The notes under the pieces were generated by a model. The model did not search any database. It was not told the DNA's origin and saw only the letters and a list, made by a program, of their open reading frames with translations. A program made the translations under genes and the position numbers. Below, in pieces: positions 40,359-49,884 of a stretch of DNA of 64,000 nucleotides (the stretch's first letter is position 1; the number at the start of each line of letters is the position of its first letter). The DNA is from an uncultured Acidobacteriota bacterium (GTDB lineage: Bacteria; Acidobacteriota; Thermoanaerobaculia; UBA5066; Gp7-AA6): positions 27,605 to 91,604 of the forward strand of contig CAVXOX010000005.1 in assembly GCA_963763535.1 (NCBI GenBank), read 5' to 3'.

Positions 40359-41225
40359 ATGTCCGCTCGAAAGTTCCCGCTCCTCCTCGGCTTGGCGGCC
40401 GCCCTCGCTCTCGCGCCCCGCGCGGACGCGCAGACTCCCGCCCCGGCGCCCGCCGCGACGGCTCCGGCGCCGACGCCCGCGCCTCCGAAGCCGACCCCGA
40501 CGCCCTCCGCGCAGGCGCTGAAGGAGGGCAAGGAGCTCTTCGCGAAGTTCGTGCAGGCTCTCGGCGGACCGGAGAAGGTCCGCAAGGTCCACGACGTGTG
40601 GACGCGCGGGCTCGTCACGGCCAAGACGCCGGAAGGCGACATGAGCATGGACGTGCAGACGTCGATGGTCTTCCCCGACCGGATCTCGCAGCAGGTCGAC
40701 GCGCCGTTCGGCCGGATGGCGATGGTCGCGACGCCCTCCGGCGCGTTCATCGTCGGGCCGAACGCGGTGCAGGACCTTCCGCCCGGGATGAAGGAGGAGC
40801 TGTTGCGCCAGGTGCGGCGCATCCCCCTCCTCCTCGCGCAGAAAAAGGACGATCCGAAGCTCGTGGTCGCGGCCGCCGGAACGGAGAAGATCGGCGACGT
40901 CTCCGCGCGGATCCTCGACGTCTCCTACGAGGGCGCCTCCGTGCGCTGGTATCTCGACCCGACCACGTACCGGATCGTGCGCTCCCAGCACACCTCGGTC
41001 GGCCCTCAGGGGGAGGCGGTCATCGTCTCGGACTACTCGGACTACAAGATCGTCGACGGCTACCCGGTCGCGTTCCACCTCGAGGTCGCGACCAACGGCC
41101 AGAAGGACCAGACGCTCGCCCTCGAGGAGTGCAAGATCAACCCGGGCGTCGAGCCGAAGCTCTTCGAGAAGCCGGTGATGCCGACTCCGGTTCCCACGTC
41201 GGCGCCGGCGCCGGGCGCCAGGTAG
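40359..41225 (+). CDS. Secreted LolA-like / outer-membrane lipoprotein-sorting-fold protein (DUF4292-like)
   Basis: Signal peptide (MSARKFPLLLGLAAALALAPRADA) followed by a Pro/Thr/Ala linker and a beta-rich domain. The stop codon TAG lies inside REP-like element copy 2. Confidence 0.55.
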   Translation: MSARKFPLLLGLAAALALAPRADAQTPAPAPAATAPAPTPAPPKPTPTPSAQALKEGKELFAKFVQALGGPEKVRKVHDVWTRGLVTAKTPEGDMSMDVQTSMVFPDRISQQVDAPFGRMAMVATPSGAFIVGPNAVQDLPPGMKEELLRQVRRIPLLLAQKKDDPKLVVAAAGTEKIGDVSARILDVSYEGASVRWYLDPTTYRIVRSQHTSVGPQGEAVIVSDYSDYKIVDGYPVAFHLEVATNGQKDQTLALEECKINPGVEPKLFEKPVMPTPVPTSAPAPGAR

Positions 41226-41277
41226 GGGCGGGGCTCGTCCCCGCCCGCGGACGGGCGGCCGCAAGGGCCGCCCCTAC
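41222..41277. repeat. REP-like palindromic element, copy 2
   Basis: GTAGGGGCGGGGCTCGTCCCCGCCCGCGGACGGGCGGCCGCAAGGGCCGCCCCTAC. It is about 90% identical to the copy at 13813-13864 and again sits between convergent genes. Confidence 0.8.
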
Positions 41278-41300
41278 GGGTTGGAGGATGGCGGAACTCC

Positions 41301-42515
41301 TCAGAACGGCGGGCAAGTGTTGGGGGGCGGATCTCCGTCGAAGCGCGCCTTCATCCACTGGATCGCGGCGGTCGCGGACACGCGGCCGATGCGCGCGTGG
41401 CCGGCCCCGGTGAACGTCTCGTATCGCACCACCGCGCCGGACCGGCAGAGTCCCCCGACGAAGTCCGCCGTGAGCGACGCGCGCACGATCGGGTCGTCCG
41501 TCCCCTGCGCCACGTAGAGCGGCGCGCCCGAGGGCGTCCGCCCGGGCCGGTTCTCGTCGAGGAGCCGGTTCCACGGCGGGCTCGTCGCGATCGAGGCCGA
41601 GAGCGCGTCCGCGGCGACCCTGGCGCCGCCCGCCGGCGCCTCTTCCCCGCCCGGATCCACGCATTCACCGGCGGCCGCCGACACGAGCTGCAGCAGCTCC
41701 GGCGACGCGTAGGGCTCGAGCGGCGCCCGGTAGATCCGCGACCACGCCCAGAGCGAATCGACGACCATCACGCGCCCGAACGGCTCGTCGAGCCCGTCTC
41801 CCCAGAGGCGGCCGACGTCGGTGACCGGAGAGATCGCGGCCACGCCGACGAGCGTCAGCTCGGGCGCGTAAGTGTGCGCGAGCTGGCCGGCGAAGAGGGC
41901 GGCGTGCCCGCCCTGCGAGGCCCCCCAGACGGCGAACCGGTTCGACGCCCCGATCTTCGGGATCTGCCGCGCCGCCCGCACGCCGTCGAGCACGGCGCGC
42001 CCCTCGATCTCCCCCACGAGGTACGGGACCGGCCCCGGCGTGCCGAGACCCGGGTAGTCGGTCGCCACGAGGACGGCGTCGAGCACCATGAGCGTGGGTA
42101 CGTGCGGAATCGCGTCGAGCGGATCCCTGCGCATCGAGGGCGCGCAGTTTTCGCCGACACCCGCGGTCGGATGCGCCCAGGCCACCACGTTGCGTCCGTT
42201 GACCGGGGCCGGGAGCGTCGGGGCGATGACGAGGGCCGACACCTCGACCGGCTCGCCGTCCCGTCCGGTCGACCCGTAGAGGATGCGCCAGGCCTGGCTG
42301 CCGGGCACTCCCGTCTTGAACGGCTCGGAGCGAAGGAGCTTCCCGGGCCGCCGGTCCTCCGCCGCGCGGGGCGCCTCGCCCGAGGACGGCTTCCGCGTCG
42401 GCGCGACGTAGAAGCCATCGCGCCGAGTGGGGGGCGGTCCGCAGCCGCCGGCGAGGAGCGCGAGAGCGAGCGCGAAGAGCGCACCGCCGCGAGATGCTCC
42501 GAGGGACCGCCTCAC
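41301..42515 (-). CDS. Secretory lipase (LIP family) alpha/beta-hydrolase lipoprotein
   Basis: GTG start at 42515 gives a lipoprotein signal (VRRSLGASRGGALFALALALLAGGC). Nucleophile elbow GASQGG. Confidence 0.65.
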   Translation of the reverse strand: MRRSLGASRGGALFALALALLAGGCGPPPTRRDGFYVAPTRKPSSGEAPRAAEDRRPGKLLRSEPFKTGVPGSQAWRILYGSTGRDGEPVEVSALVIAPTLPAPVNGRNVVAWAHPTAGVGENCAPSMRRDPLDAIPHVPTLMVLDAVLVATDYPGLGTPGPVPYLVGEIEGRAVLDGVRAARQIPKIGASNRFAVWGASQGGHAALFAGQLAHTYAPELTLVGVAAISPVTDVGRLWGDGLDEPFGRVMVVDSLWAWSRIYRAPLEPYASPELLQLVSAAAGECVDPGGEEAPAGGARVAADALSASIATSPPWNRLLDENRPGRTPSGAPLYVAQGTDDPIVRASLTADFVGGLCRSGAVVRYETFTGAGHARIGRVSATAAIQWMKARFDGDPPPNTCPPF

Positions 42516-42758
42516 GCGCCGCGAGTCTAGCGCGCCGCGATGGGGAACGCCGCCGGTGAAGCTACAAACTCGGGGCGTCATGTCGCCGGCTCGACGGCGC
42601 CGGTTCGTGTGCGGGCGTGGTCTCGGTGCAGCTGCCACCAGGTGGACCACTTGCCGACTCGGCAGCGTCACGGACCCCCGCGCGAGGTGCGAGGGAACGC
42701 ACCGGCCGGTACGGTGCGACGCCTCGGGCTACAATCGTCGCGCGGCCCAGGCCCAGCC

Positions 42759-45700
42759 ATGATCTGTCCGCAGTGTCAGACGCCCAACCCCGACGGCATC
42801 GCGTCGTGTTCTCACTGCAGCAGTGTCTTCCCCGCCGCCGACCCGACGCGGAAGTTCGTGCCTGACGACGCTCCCGAAATGCCCACCATGGCGAGCCCCA
42901 CGTCGCTCGAGGAATGGGTGAAGAGCCGGCCGACGGGCGGCATTCCCGTCGCCTCCGTCCTGCCCGAAGGGCTCGAGATCGCCGACCGCTACCGGGTTCG
43001 CAAGCTCCTCGGCATGGGTGGCATGGGCGCCGTCTACCTCGTTCACGACAGCGAGCTCGATCGGGACGTGGCGCTGAAGCTCATCCGGTCGGACATCGGC
43101 GAGAACCCCGAGGCGCTCGAACGTTTCAAGCGGGAGATCCAGCTCTCGAGCAAGGTCACGCACAAGAACGTCCTGCGGGTCTACGACCTCGGGGCCTCCG
43201 GCGGCATCAAGTACCTGACCATGCAGTTCGTCGAGGGCGAAGATCTCTCGACGGTTCTCAAACGTGTCGGGAGGCTGGAAACCCCGCGTCTCACGCGCAT
43301 CTTCCGGCAGATCGTCGAGGGGCTGCGGGCCGCCCACGAGCAGGGCGTCATCCACCGCGACCTGAAGCCTCAGAACATCATGCTCGACGCCTCCGACAAC
43401 GTCTACGTCACGGATTTCGGCCTGGCGAAGTCGCTCGAGCAGTCGGGCATGACGCAGACCGGGGCCATCGTCGGTACGCCGTACTACATGTCGCCGGAAC
43501 AGGTGAAGGGTTCGGCGATCGATCACCGATCCGACATCTACTCGCTCGGCGTGATCCTCTACGAGATGTCGACGGGCCGTCTCCCCTTCACCGGCTCGTC
43601 GCCCTACGAGGTGATGGCCCAGCGCCTGCAGCGCGTGCCGGAGCCGGCGAGCAGGATCAACCCGGATCTGCCGTCCTACCTGTCGAAGATCCTCGAGCGC
43701 TGCCTGATGATCGACACGGCCGCGCGTTACCAGTCGGTCGAGGAGATCCTAAGGGATCTCGACGCCGGCGGCTTCCGGACGACGATGCGCTTCGAGGTCG
43801 CGAAGAGGCCGTGGCTTCGGCCCGCGCTGGCCGTCCTCCTTGCCGCCGTCGTCCTGGGGGGCGCGGCCATCGCCTTCCGAGGCCGACGGGCCGGGCCGAC
43901 GGCACCGCAGCCGAGCCAGCCAGGCGCCGCGAACCAGCCCGTGTCACTGGCGATCCTGCCCTTCCGCAACGCCTCGGGCGACTCTTCCCTCGACTGGCTC
44001 GGACCGAGCCTGGCCGAGATGCTGCGGACCGACGTGGGACGCTCGGCGTCGCTGCGGACCGTTCCGTCGGACAGGCTTCATCAGATCCTGGGGGACCTGC
44101 GGATCTCCGCCGACTCGACGTTCGACCCGCCCACGCTCCGAAAGCTCGCGAAGTTCAGCAACGCGGACACCGTCATCTGGGGGCAGTACCTCAAGTTCGG
44201 CAATGAGATCCGGATCGACGCCACGCTCGAAGACGTCAAACGGCAGCGGTCCATCGCGCTGAAGGCGCAGGCTCCCAGCCAGAGCGGCCTCCAGGCCGCC
44301 ATCGATCAGCTCGCCCAGTCGATCCGCGACGGTCTTTCGCTTTCCTCGGACGCGCTCGAGGAACTGAAGGCCACGGCCTTCAAGCCGTCCACGAAATCGC
44401 TCGAGGCGCTGCGCGCCTACAACGAAGGGCTCCAGCTCGCCCGCCAGGGCAAGAATTCCGAGGCCCTGAAGAAGTTCCAGGAGTCGATCCAGGCCGATCC
44501 GGAGTTCGCTCTCGCGTACGCGAAGCTCGGCCAGACCTACGCGAGCCTGGGGTACGACACCGAGGCCGAACAGAGCTCGCGCCACGCCGTGGAGCTGTCC
44601 GAAAAGCTCCCCGCGCCCGAGAAATTCCTCATCAATGCCAGCCACGCGCGGATCGTCAACGACACCGACAAGGCGATCGCGGCCTACGAGGCCCTGGCCA
44701 GGGCGTCACCGGAGGATTCCGAGGTCAACTTCGAGCTGGCCGCCCTCTACGAGGCCTCGGGCGCCTTCGACCAGGCGCGCGCCCACTACAAAAAGGTCCT
44801 CGAGCGCGATCCGAAGTACGTCGCCGCGCTTCTGGCGTCGGGCCGTGTCGAGATCAAGGCCGGAAACCCTCAGGGATCGCTCGACTTCCTGAACCAGGCT
44901 CTGAGCCTGGCCATCCAGCTCGGGCAGGACGAGGAGAAGGCCGACGTGCTCCACGCCATCGGGGCCGCCTACCAGGGCCTCGACAAGCCGAGCGAGGCGC
45001 ACCGTTACTACCAGGAATCGCTCGAGATCAAGCGCCGGATCGGCCAGAAGCGCGGCATCGCCGTGACCCTCGGGCGAATCGCCCAGGTCCAGGAGCAGCT
45101 GGGCAATCTGGATGCCGCTCTGGCCAGCTACAAGGAGGCACTGCAGATCCAGCGCGAGATCGGCGACAAGAAAGGAACCGGCCTGACCCTCATCGACCTC
45201 GGCGACTTCCTCTCGAACCGCGGGAACTACGACCAGGCGCTGCAGGATTACAAGGAGTCGCTTCAGATCCAGCGCGATGTCGGCAACCAGGATGCAGAGG
45301 GCCTCTGCCTGAACAACATCGGCAACGTCTACCTCTTCAAGACGCAATACGACGACGCCCAGACGTACTTCGAGAGAGCGCTCCAGATCCGTGAGAAGAC
45401 CAAGAACCCCCTTGACATCGCCGACACTCTGCACAACCTCGCCGAGACCGCGACGAACAAGGGGCAGTACGATCTGGCGCTGAAGCACTACCTGCGCTCC
45501 CTCGAGCTGCGGCGGGAGGCCGGCGACAAGCGGGGCGCGGCCATCGAGTCGTACAGCATGGGGACCCTGTTCGAGTACGAGGGGAAGTACGGAGCGGCGG
45601 TCGGCGCGAAGGAGGATGCGCTCAAGACCTTCCGCGAGCTCCAGGACAGCGGCTTCTGGATGGGCGAAATCCTGAGCGGAACCGGGCATTCCCAGGCCAT

Positions 45701-46316
45701 GCTCGGACGATCGGACGCGGCACAGACGCAGCTCGCGGAGGCGTTGAAAGTCGCCGACACGCTCCAGAACAAGGCCCTGACGGCTCAGATCCTGAACTTT
45801 CAGGGCGACCGGCTCTTCTACGTCGGCGACGCCAGGGCCGCGCGACCCCTCTACGAGCAGGCGCTCCAGACCGCGTCGAAGACCGGCGACAAGCGCCTCG
45901 AGCTGCTCTCGAAGGTCAATCTCGCGAAGACCGCGATCGCCGAGGGGCGCGCCCAGTCGGCGATCGAGGGGCTCAAGAAGCTGGCCGAGGAATCCGACTC
46001 GCTCGGCCTGAAGTACCTGTCGGTCGAGAGCACCGTCCTGCTGGGCCAGGCGCTCGTCCAGGCGAGGCGCTACCCTCAGGCCCGCCAGGAGCTCGAGCGC
46101 GCTCTCGCGAGAAGCGAAAAGCTCGGCCTGAGCGCCCTGCTGGCGCGCAGCCACTACCTGCTTGCTTCGGCGCTGCGGTCCACCGGCAACGGCGCAGAGG
46201 CCTCCCGGCACCTCGGCGAGGCCCGCCGGATCCTCGACGAGATCCGGAAGGAAGCGAAGACCGACGACGTCGTGAAGCGGGCCGACCTCTCTCCGATCCT
46301 CGCCGAAGCGGGCTGA
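42759..46316 (+). CDS. Serine/threonine protein kinase with an N-terminal zinc ribbon, a transmembrane segment and a long TPR array (1185 aa)
   Basis: The N-terminus has a zinc ribbon (MICPQCQTP...CSHC). The kinase domain carries the Hanks motifs (GMGGMGAVY, VALK, HRDLKPQN, DFGLAK, GTPYYMSPE). A transmembrane helix (ALAVLLAAVVLGGAAIA) is followed by a TPR array of at least 12 repeats. Confidence 0.88.
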   Translation: MICPQCQTPNPDGIASCSHCSSVFPAADPTRKFVPDDAPEMPTMASPTSLEEWVKSRPTGGIPVASVLPEGLEIADRYRVRKLLGMGGMGAVYLVHDSELDRDVALKLIRSDIGENPEALERFKREIQLSSKVTHKNVLRVYDLGASGGIKYLTMQFVEGEDLSTVLKRVGRLETPRLTRIFRQIVEGLRAAHEQGVIHRDLKPQNIMLDASDNVYVTDFGLAKSLEQSGMTQTGAIVGTPYYMSPEQVKGSAIDHRSDIYSLGVILYEMSTGRLPFTGSSPYEVMAQRLQRVPEPASRINPDLPSYLSKILERCLMIDTAARYQSVEEILRDLDAGGFRTTMRFEVAKRPWLRPALAVLLAAVVLGGAAIAFRGRRAGPTAPQPSQPGAANQPVSLAILPFRNASGDSSLDWLGPSLAEMLRTDVGRSASLRTVPSDRLHQILGDLRISADSTFDPPTLRKLAKFSNADTVIWGQYLKFGNEIRIDATLEDVKRQRSIALKAQAPSQSGLQAAIDQLAQSIRDGLSLSSDALEELKATAFKPSTKSLEALRAYNEGLQLARQGKNSEALKKFQESIQADPEFALAYAKLGQTYASLGYDTEAEQSSRHAVELSEKLPAPEKFLINASHARIVNDTDKAIAAYEALARASPEDSEVNFELAALYEASGAFDQARAHYKKVLERDPKYVAALLASGRVEIKAGNPQGSLDFLNQALSLAIQLGQDEEKADVLHAIGAAYQGLDKPSEAHRYYQESLEIKRRIGQKRGIAVTLGRIAQVQEQLGNLDAALASYKEALQIQREIGDKKGTGLTLIDLGDFLSNRGNYDQALQDYKESLQIQRDVGNQDAEGLCLNNIGNVYLFKTQYDDAQTYFERALQIREKTKNPLDIADTLHNLAETATNKGQYDLALKHYLRSLELRREAGDKRGAAIESYSMGTLFEYEGKYGAAVGAKEDALKTFRELQDSGFWMGEILSGTGHSQAMLGRSDAAQTQLAEALKVADTLQNKALTAQILNFQGDRLFYVGDARAARPLYEQALQTASKTGDKRLELLSKVNLAKTAIAEGRAQSAIEGLKKLAEESDSLGLKYLSVESTVLLGQALVQARRYPQARQELERALARSEKLGLSALLARSHYLLASALRSTGNGAEASRHLGEARRILDEIRKEAKTDDVVKRADLSPILAEAG

Positions 46317-46334
46317 TCGGGCCGGAGTGGACAG

Positions 46335-46364
46335 AAAAAAGCCGGGCTCAGCGGCCCGGCTTTT
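46335..46364. terminator. Bidirectional intrinsic terminator (AAAAAA-GCCGGGC-tcagcg-GCCCGGC-TTTT)
   Basis: Perfect 7-bp GC stem flanked by an A-run and a T-run. It lies between the convergent kinase gene and the Cys-rich pseudogene. Confidence 0.75.
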
Positions 46365-46386
46365 CGACGTTCGAATCTTCCGACGT

Positions 46387-47582
46387 TCAGTGCGGAACCG
46401 TCCCGTCCCACTTCCCGAACGATTTGTACGGGCCGTCGCACGAGAGAACCGGCGCGTGCACCTTCAGGTTCTTCTTCTTCTTCGGCCCGTTACCGGGGTT
46501 CATGCTCAGATCGGCCGAATTGTCGCCGTGGTCGTCGCACTCCCACTCTCCGTCGTCGTCGCCTCGCACCAGATAGAGGGTCGGGGCACCCGGCTCGTCG
46601 AATCGGCTGTTGGCGGCGGCGTCGTTGTACCAGAGTCTCGCGGTGCCGGAGTTCTCGGGGCTATGAGGCAGGAGTTGCGCACGAACAGCTTGATGCTGAC
46701 GTTGTCGCCCGGGCAGAACGCCTCCGTCGGGAACGACAGCGGGATGGTGAGGAGGTTCGCGTTGTTGAACCCCTTGCCGCCTCCCGGCGCGCCGAGAAGC
46801 TCTCCGGAGCTGACCTCGGCGCCGTTCTTCTTCACCACGGCCTTCAGGTCGAACAGGATTCCTGCATCGTTGTCCTTCTTCAGCCCGATCCAGATTCTCG
46901 CCGCCGGAGAGTTGGAACTGGTCAGATCGACCACTTCGTAGTCCGAGAAGCCCTTGCTCTTCCCGCCCACGCCGGGATCGCCGGAACCGGAGTCCCCGAT
47001 GGCGTAGACGGTTCCGGTGATGTCCTGCGTGTAGCACTCGACATACGGGGTACCCGAGCAGTTCTGGGGGTCCTCCTCGGGGATGGGAGCCCGATAGAGG
47101 CGGACGTTGTGGAGCTGGTCGAGCGTGGGAAAGTCCCAGAACACCTTGTAGAGGACATCACCCGAGTAGTCGCAGTCCGTGCAACCGGGGTCGCCCTTTT
47201 GTGGCAGCGGTTCGACGACGTGGTAGAAGCCGCACTCGCCCGCCGGATCGCCGTTGAAGGTGGCCCCGTCGTACGGGATGCAGTTGGCGGGAGCCAGCGA
47301 AGGGATTGAGCCGGGCGGTCCAGCTGGCTGTCATCGGTGAAGAAGAACTGAACTGCCAGAGTGAACGGCCGTTCAACGTTTGCCGTGATCTTGATGAAGT
47401 GCCCGGTCCCGAAATCGAATTTTTGAGTCGACACGCAGGGGTACGAGTCCTCCTGGGCAGGAGAAGTCGTTTCCCTGCAGGGATAGTCGCCTCCTTCAGA
47501 GCAGTGAGACTCGCGGCAATCGACCCTCGCAGAAGTCCTGAGCCCAGGCCGGGCGCGCGAAAAGCAGCGCCGCGAGCACCAC
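46387..47582 (-). pseudogene. Cys-rich secreted protein of unknown family carrying at least three frameshifts, in a lower-GC islet
   Basis: A signal peptide (VVLAALLFARPAWA|QDFCEG) runs straight into a TGA. The protein-like sequence then continues in a second frame (CRESHCSEGGDYPC...FDFGTGHFIKITANVERP...) and a third (GSIPSLAPANCIPYDGATFNGDPAGECGFYHVVEP...KLFVRNSC). After a further shift near 46690 the C-terminus (ARLWYNDAAANSRFDEPGAP...SCDGPYKSFGKWDGTVPH) ends at 46387. The region has markedly lower GC than its neighbours. Confidence 0.5.
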
Positions 47583-47900
47583 ACCGCATCATGATTGCCT
47601 TGAGCTGGATCCTCTTTTCCATGATCCGTCCCTCCTTGAGAGAGTCGACGCGTCAACGGTTTTTGCGGCGGGGCTCGGATTCTCGTGCGGCCCCACGTGA
47701 GCAAGGTCCGGGCGCCCGGGTCCAATGCCCGCGAGCGCGGCAGAAGGCATCAACCACCTCCTTCCTTCAATCAATGGCAGGCGAATCGATCTCTCGCGCC
47801 CGTGCGCCGAGAGGCGGTACGTCTACCTTTTTGTTTGAAGCCGCGAAGTATATCGTCGAACCGACGGCAGGGTTCGAGGCGCCCCGGTGGCTCCAGCCAT

Positions 47901-48713
47901 CTAAGTGTCAGAAAGCAAGGGGCCTCGTCGCCTCTCCTGTCGCCCTAACCCAGCAGCTCCTTCAGGCGCGCGTGCCCCTCGCGGCTGACCGGGACCCGCG
48001 GCTACCGTCCGGCGAGGATCGCGACATGGCTCCCCCTCCCGTAGGCCTCGAGGCGAGCGAGGGCATCGAGGCGCACCAGGTGCGAGCGGTGAACCCGTAC
48101 GAACCGACCCGGATCGAGCGCGGCGGCGAGGCTCGAAAGCGTCTGCTGTCTTCAGGTAGGTCTTGCCCTCGCTCTTCAGGGCGACGTAATCGTCCTGGGC
48201 CTCCGCGGTGTCGAGCTTCTCCACGGGGATGATGTGCACCCGGCTGCCGTCCCGGACGACGATCCGCGTGAGATACGCGCCCTCGGGCCGGGCCGCGGCG
48301 TGCAGTTCGGCGGCGCGGACCGTCGCGCTGTCGGACAGGCGCGCCCGTGCCCGCTCGACCGCGGTCGCGATGCGCGACGCCTCGAAGGGCTTGAGCACGT
48401 AGTCGACGGCGTGGACCTCGAAGGCCTTGACGGCGTAGGCGTCGTAGGCCGTCACGAAGATCGCCGCGATCGCCGGGTCGAGCAGCTCGAGCACCTCGAA
48501 GCCGTCGAGCTTGGGCATCTCGATGTCGAGGAACACGATGCGCGGGGAGAGCTCGGCGGCGGCCCTCAGCGCCTCGAACCCGTTGGCGCACTCGCCGACG
48601 ACGCGCACGCCCGCGATGCCGGAAACGTGCTGCCTCAGGATCGCGCGCGCGGGCTCCTCGTCGTCCACGATGAGGACACCGATCTCCTCCCGGAGGGCGC
48701 CCGTCCCGGTCAC
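47901..48713 (-). pseudogene. LytTR-family response regulator (REC plus LytTR DNA-binding domain) with two frameshifts in the LytTR domain
   Basis: The receiver domain is intact (VLIVDDEEP...FLDIEMPKLDGFEVL...DYVLKPF). The LytTR domain reads ...DYVALKSEGKTYLK in frame 1, QTLSSLAAALDPGRFVRVHRSHLVRLDALARLEAYGRGSHVAILA in frame 2 and RVPVSREGHARLKELLG-stop in frame 3. The junctions are near 48141-48160 and 48001-48020. The GTG start overlaps the kinase gene stop. Confidence 0.7.
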
Positions 48714-49789
48714 ACCGGCATCTCCGCCGGGACCGAGATCACGACGAGGTAGTGGTCGGCCAGGCGCTTGGCGGCGAAGAGCGCCTCCTCTCCGTAGCGG
48801 GCGTAGAGGCGCTGACGCACGTTGGCGAGGCCGCGCCCTCCTCCCGGCCGCGAGGGACTCTCCGGGTCGAAGGGATTCTCGATCATGATCCGGAGCCGCC
48901 CCGCGCCGCACGCGACCCCGACGCGCACCGTGCCCCCCTCGATCCGCGTCGCGATGCCGTGGCGGACGGCGTTCTCCACGAGGGGCTGGAGCAGAAGCGG
49001 CGGGACGAGGCAGCGATTCCCCCGCTCGTCGAGCTCCTCCTCGACTTCCAGGCGCGCTCCGAAGCGCAGCTCCTCGACGGCGAGATAGGCCCGCGACAGC
49101 TCGAGCTCCTCGCCGACGGAGATGCTCGTCTTCTCGCCCAGGGCGAGGCTCCGGCGGAGAAAGTCGCCGAGCCGGACGCACATCTGCTGCGCGCGCGGCG
49201 GATCGGTCGCCGCGAGCGACGCGATCGAGTTCAGGCTGTTGAAGAGGAAGTGAGGCCGGATCTGGGCCTTCAGCGCGGCGAGCTCGGCCTCGCGCGCGAG
49301 GATCTGGAGCTCGGCCTCGCGCCGCTCCGCCTCGGCCGCGGTCTCAAGCGCGAGCAGGACGTAGTTCAGCGCGGCGGCGAGGAGGTACAGGAGCACGCCG
49401 GCCGCGAAGAGCGTGATCGACTGCGCCGCGAACCGCTCGGTCAGACCGGAAAACGCCGGGTGTCCCTGGACGAGAGGCAGCGCCCCGTAGGCGCCGGCAA
49501 GGAGGGCCGCGAGGCCCACCCAGATGCCGGAGATCAGCCCGGCCGCGGCGGCGTGCGTCAGCACCAGCGGCAGTGCCCGCGACCGCGTCAGCGGAAGCTG
49601 CCGGCAGGGATACCAGGCCGAGAGGCCCATGAAGGCGTACGCGAAGGTCAGCGGGATCGCCATCGCCACGGCCTCGCCGAGGAAGAGTCCGCCCGGCCGG
49701 GCGAGGAGCGCCGTCAGGATCGCGGCGATCGGCGCGCACGCCGCGAGGTACGGAAGCAGCCGGCCGCGGTGCGCGAGGATCGGGTGCAT
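48710..49789 (-). CDS. Sensor histidine kinase, LytS/YehU (His_kinase, pfam06580-type) family
   Basis: Five or six transmembrane segments, a coiled-coil, the His-box region (RPHFLFNSLNSIASL) and HATPase_c motifs (PLLLQPLVENAVRHG, GGRGLANVRQRL). Confidence 0.85.
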   Translation of the reverse strand: MHPILAHRGRLLPYLAACAPIAAILTALLARPGGLFLGEAVAMAIPLTFAYAFMGLSAWYPCRQLPLTRSRALPLVLTHAAAAGLISGIWVGLAALLAGAYGALPLVQGHPAFSGLTERFAAQSITLFAAGVLLYLLAAALNYVLLALETAAEAERREAELQILAREAELAALKAQIRPHFLFNSLNSIASLAATDPPRAQQMCVRLGDFLRRSLALGEKTSISVGEELELSRAYLAVEELRFGARLEVEEELDERGNRCLVPPLLLQPLVENAVRHGIATRIEGGTVRVGVACGAGRLRIMIENPFDPESPSRPGGGRGLANVRQRLYARYGEEALFAAKRLADHYLVVISVPAEMPV

Positions 49790-49884
49790 GGGTTACCTCG
49801 TGTGAGGACGTCGGGGCCTGGTGCGCACGAGATCCCTCGTCGCTGCGCTCCTCGGGATGAAAAACTGAACCATGCTTCGCATGG

